64,000 nucleotides of DNA from the human T2T-CHM13v2.0 reference genome, Homo sapiens. Of the stretch, positions 59,675-64,000 are shown one piece after another. The position numbers were made by a program, and so were the translations under genes. The notes below the pieces were generated by a model, which was not told the DNA's origin, did no database searches, and saw only the letters and a list, made by a program, of their open reading frames with translations. The DNA lies in assembly GCF_009914755.1 (NCBI RefSeq), contig NC_060933.1; one strand, given 5' to 3'. Every line of letters starts with the position of its first letter. Position 1 is the stretch's first letter.

Positions 59675-62359
59675 TGAAAGGGGATCTGGAGGCATCAGGT
59701 TCTGCAGGGCAGTGTGCCCCTTGCCTATTTTTCTCTGCGCTGCCAAAGGGACCTCTACCTGTCCCACTGTGGGAGGAAAGCCCCTGTCTGGGCTGCCTCT
59801 GCTCTGGGATGAGGGGACTGTGATTACATGGGCCTGTGTCACCTTCTACCACTGGGTGAAAGAGGTATGAACAGTAAAATTAAAAATATAAAGTCAAGAT
59901 GTGTTTAGAAAATGAAATTTTCTTGTCTCTCTCTCTGCTAAGAGGAATCAATTTTATATTTTAGCTTCATTTTGGTTCTTTAGTCACTTTGAGTTTTAAA
60001 ATGCTGTCTCCTTCAGAGAGCTTTTCTGCCAAACCTAATCACTTTCCCCCCATTCTTGATGCTCCTGAGGGAGTCTTCTCCCACTCTTGGTTCTTCTCCT
60101 CCTTCCTCCTGGTGTATGAAAGGGCCCATTGCTCATTAGCAGAGGGCAGGGAGGGCCTGTGGGCTCCTGCAATCAGGCACGTGTCTGTGGTCCCCTTCCT
60201 TAGCCTGAGATCTCCAGACTCAGCAGCATCCAATGCTGGCTCCTCTGTGTAGGTCACTGGGTGGCCCTGGGACTCCCTCGTTTCTCCTACAGGTTCCATC
60301 CTGCACAGAATTTCCCCAGCCCCAGCTCCCTCCAGCCCCTGCTCCTCTTTGCTTCTGTGTGTGACCTATTGTGGGCTGGCACATGGGCCATGTTCCCAGG
60401 CATTTTCTACCTCAGCCTCTAGTGCATATGATTACGGAAGTCTTTGCCCTGCCATGGGGACCTGCACAGATACCTTCCTTGCCAACTGGTATCCTCAGCT
60501 CTGCTGTTGCTCGTCTCTCTCCTGACTTTCTCCCATGCCCTGACAGAACTTTCTGCCGAATAACTCACATCCAAGAAGCAAACCCTAGCCACTCTTCCCA
60601 TAATCTTGTGTCTCCCTAAACATTATTCTGCCTCCTTTGCAAACACCTCAGATTCACTTTATTTCCTTTCTACTCTTCCAAATTGTTCTTATATCTTCTC
60701 CCTCCCGTCTCTCTCCCTCCCTCCCTCAATGACTAGACATTGTCAGGTAAAGGTCAGGCCTGGTAGACCAGTTGGAGTCACTGCCACATTGCCTCAAAAG
60801 CTGCACCTGGGGCCTCCACCAGTACTGAGTGACCATCCTGCTCCCACAGCCTCTTCACTTTTCCATTTAAAAATGCTTTTCTTGCCACCTCCACTTCCTC
60901 CCTGTTGAGGAAAGATAGCCCTCCTGGGTCTCTCACACCACTGCCGGTTACTCTGATTTCCACAAATGCCAAACCCCGATCACGCTTTATCTGCGTCTTT
61001 TCTCAGGGCTGTTCGCAGCAGGCAACCTTGAGGGATGGGGTAATGTCTCTCTCTGGACAAAGAGGAGGCTTGTTTGCTGCTTGCTATTAAAGCGATGGAT
61101 TTCTCATGTTCATATTCTTCTCGTACAACTTACTTTATGTGCCGGTGTCATCTGGATGCTCCAGACCAGCCCCATAGGAACGTGGGGGACAAGAAAAACG
61201 AACACAAACATGCAAATGCTAAAATGAAGCAGAAATTCGTAGTCATTTGGGTGAGGTTACAGGAATACTTTCCTTCCCCTGAACGATCCATTTTAACATT
61301 TTCCTATACAGTACCAGATGCTTAGGTAATTGCTTGCCCTCTCCCCTAATCCTTTTTGCTTTGACTTTGTATTTTTAGCCTAGAAGTCTCCCGCTGAGCA
61401 GAACAATATGGCACTAGGGAGATTAAAGCTTTGACGTGATAAATACTTGGGACTTGAGACCTTTTCTCGGAAGGTACATTATCGCCATTCAAATTGCCCA
61501 GGAAGTCTTGTGCAATGATACACATTTTAGCATCTCTTTCAATGCCTGCTCTTATGTCTGATAATATGAAGAAAGCTATACCTAACATAACAAGGTGCTT
61601 CCTCTTCTATCCCTGGCTCCTCCCAAGGGACATGAAGAGATGCTAGAAGAATACAAGGGGGTAAAGAACCTTGGATCTGAGTCAGAACAGAAAAAAAAAC
61701 AACATGGAGAGGAAGAAACCCTGAAAACAAGCCTAAGGACCTCAGCACCCACTACAAAAAAAAAAAAGAGTCTGGAGAGGGGACTGGACTGCAGCTTTCT
61801 TAACACTAGGCCCCAAATAGCACAATCACTTCTGCTACTAAGTCACTACTGGCCACCTATCTGCATTGGCAGGGGGTGGGGGAGGTTGTGGGGGGGTAGG
61901 AATGTTGAGCTATGTGCCCAGGAAGCAGAGAAAATGGGGTTTTGTTGGACAGCTGGCAGGCTCTGCCATGGTGGAGGAGGAGATATCGGAATCAAGTCTT
62001 ATTATTTTTCTCTTTCTGAGTCACTTGATCTTTTTTAGAAGATGCCCAAATTATCTTCTCTTTATTTTTGAAGTCTAATTGCTTTACCAGGGTATGGCTG
62101 AGTGATGACTTTTCTATATCATTTTCCTCCATAACATGGTGCACTTTTTAAATCTGCAGATTTGATTCTTCTCTCATTTCAAAAAAATTATTTTGAATCA
62201 TCATCCTAAATACTTACATGTTACATTTGTTTAGTCCTCTTCTATAGGCACATAAATCCATTTTTTTAAACAAATACACTTATAAGATTTACTGTTATCA
62301 CAAGGTCACATTCCTGTAGAATATAGAAATATGTGTAGCTTTCAGTTTACTGTCTGCAT

Positions 62360-62668
62360 TTTTTGTTTTTAAAGAGAAGAGGTCTTGCTCTGTCACCCAG
62401 CCTGGAGAGCAGTAGTGTGATCATAGCTCGCTACAGTCTCTTAACTCCTGGGCTCAAGCAGTCCTCCCATCTCAGCCTCCTGAGTAGCTGGAACTATAGG
62501 GGCATAACACCATGCTCAGCTAATATTTTTTAATTAAAAAAAAAATTTGTAGAGATGAAGTCTCATTTTGTTGCCCAGGCTGGTCTCAAGCTCCTGGCTT
62601 CAAGCAATTCTTCTGCCTTGACCTCCCAAGGTGCTGGGATTACAGGTGTGACACAATACACCAAGCCA
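62360..62668 (-). mobile_element. AluJ
   Basis: gggctcaagcagtcctccc and gatcatagctc diagnostics. Confidence 0.85.
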
Positions 62669-62744
62669 AGTCTGTGTTTTTCAAATTGCAGCCTGCAACT
62701 CATGATGGGGTCATGAAATCTATTTAGTGGATTGTAATCTGCTG

Positions 62745-63332
62745 GATTGGTTTCCTACTGTTGCATAACAAATTATGACAAAGTGAGCAGCTTATAACAA
62801 CACATATTTATCATCTCACAGTTTCTGTAGGTCAGGAATCTGCAAACAGCTTTGCTGGGTCTTTTGTTCAGGGTTTCATAGGGCTGCAATCAAGATGCCA
62901 TCTGGGCTCCATTCTTATCTGGAGGCTCAACTGGGGAAGAATCCACTTCTAAGCTCATTCAGGCCTTTGACAGAATTTATTTCCTTGTGGCTGTATAGCT
63001 GAGGACTCCTGCCTTTTGTTGGTTGTTGGTGGGAGCCCACCCTTGGTCCTAGAGGCTGCCCACAGTTGCTGGAGGCCATCCATAGCTCCTTACCACATGG
63101 GCTTCCTCAACGTGGCACTCCATTTACTGAGCCAGCAAGGATGCTCTCTTACTCCAGTCTGATGACATAATATAGTCCTGGGAGTGGCACATGATCACCT
63201 TTGTCATGTCCTATTAACCCATAGGAGCATAAGTCACAGGTCCTGCCCAGAGTTGAGGGGAGGGGAGTATCCAAAGGTGTCAACACCAGCAGGTACAGTT
63301 CACTGGGGATCATCTTAGGGTCTTATCACCAC
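62745..63332. mobile_element. MLT1 (MaLR) LTR
   Basis: tttcctactgttgcataacaaattatgacaaa...tctcacagtttctgtaggtcaggaatc...ggggaagaatccacttctaagctcattcagg. Confidence 0.8.
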
Positions 63333-63436
63333 ATCTATATTTAGAAAATCGAATAGGATTATATAGAAGATACCAGAATGTATCACATGTAATAGGAGTA
63401 TGTACTTCTAAATAAAAATTGTATTTAGTAATGTAA

Positions 63437-63438
<2 letters not shown>

Positions 63439-63468
<30 letters not shown>
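63439..63468. repeat. (TG)n microsatellite
   Basis: direct reading. Confidence 0.95.
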
Positions 63469-63469
<1 letters not shown>

Positions 63470-64000
63470 TGAAAATGTATTTCTTACCAATGGTCTAGAG
63501 CAAAACAGTCTGAAAGCCCCTGACCTGGGAGGTTTTCTTGCAAACACTGAAGATAAGACTGCTTTTGAATTGTACATGCCCTGGTGCTGCCTGGCTTGCT
63601 GTCTCTGTTGAGTGTGCTTTCATGGCAACCAAGACGCGAACATTCTCCAGCCTGCTCTACTGTATTTCTGCTGGTAGTTGCAGTAGCCATCACAGTTCTT
63701 GAATTCTCAAAAGACTTAAATCAATGTCATATTACTTCCTCTAAAGTTTTCTCACCAGCTCCTCCCGTGATCTCCCATGCCATGCTGGATCTGCACACTG
63801 TAGGGAGTGCCTTCTCACTTGTGCCTTTTCCCTGCTCCCCAGCTGTGTACAAGGTCTGGTCCTGTTGTGTGCTCAGGTTTACGAGTTTCCCCTGCCCTTG
63901 GCAGCCCTGCTTCGAGCATATTGAAGTTGGGCATTAGAGATGTTCTCTTATTAACACCAAGATTGCCATTTCTGTTCTTAGTCTCCTTGTCATTTTCTTA

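Noticed and set aside
61595-62038. 147-aa ORF with a charged N-terminus
   Set aside because: GTG start, A-run-derived lysines, no recognisable homology or splice structure.

Overview
Human (primate) genomic DNA, about half interspersed repeats (Alu, L1, L2, MIR, ERV LTRs). The only supportable protein-coding gene is a minus-strand SPATA31/FAM75-family gene. Its four exons (35039-34851, 33752-33677, 33109-33049, 32793-29715) splice at canonical GT-AG sites to 3405 nt = 1134 aa, which I recognise as SPATA31C2 (9q22.1). It sits in a mosaic, GC-rich duplicon (~12.2-41.3 kb) with four notable parts. (1) A ~600-bp inverted duplication forming a mirror-symmetric TATA-(CCAAT)x3 | (CCAAT)x3-TATA-like bidirectional promoter centred at 13639/13640. 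(2) An apparent decayed TBC1D3/USP6-family gene (promoter, non-coding exon 1, one intron plus micro-exon) on the + strand, convergent with SPATA31C2 and interrupted by a multiply duplicated MaLR element. (3) A young 3.47-kb Alu-Alu-mediated tandem duplication that gives SPATA31C2 two promoters and two intact first coding exons (K60 vs R60). (4) A fold-back inversion scar at the duplicon edge. Outside the duplicon are a processed RSRC1 pseudogene, a solo LTR12 and several small rearrangement scars. Gene and repeat names come from recalled sequences, not database searches, and repeat boundaries are approximate.
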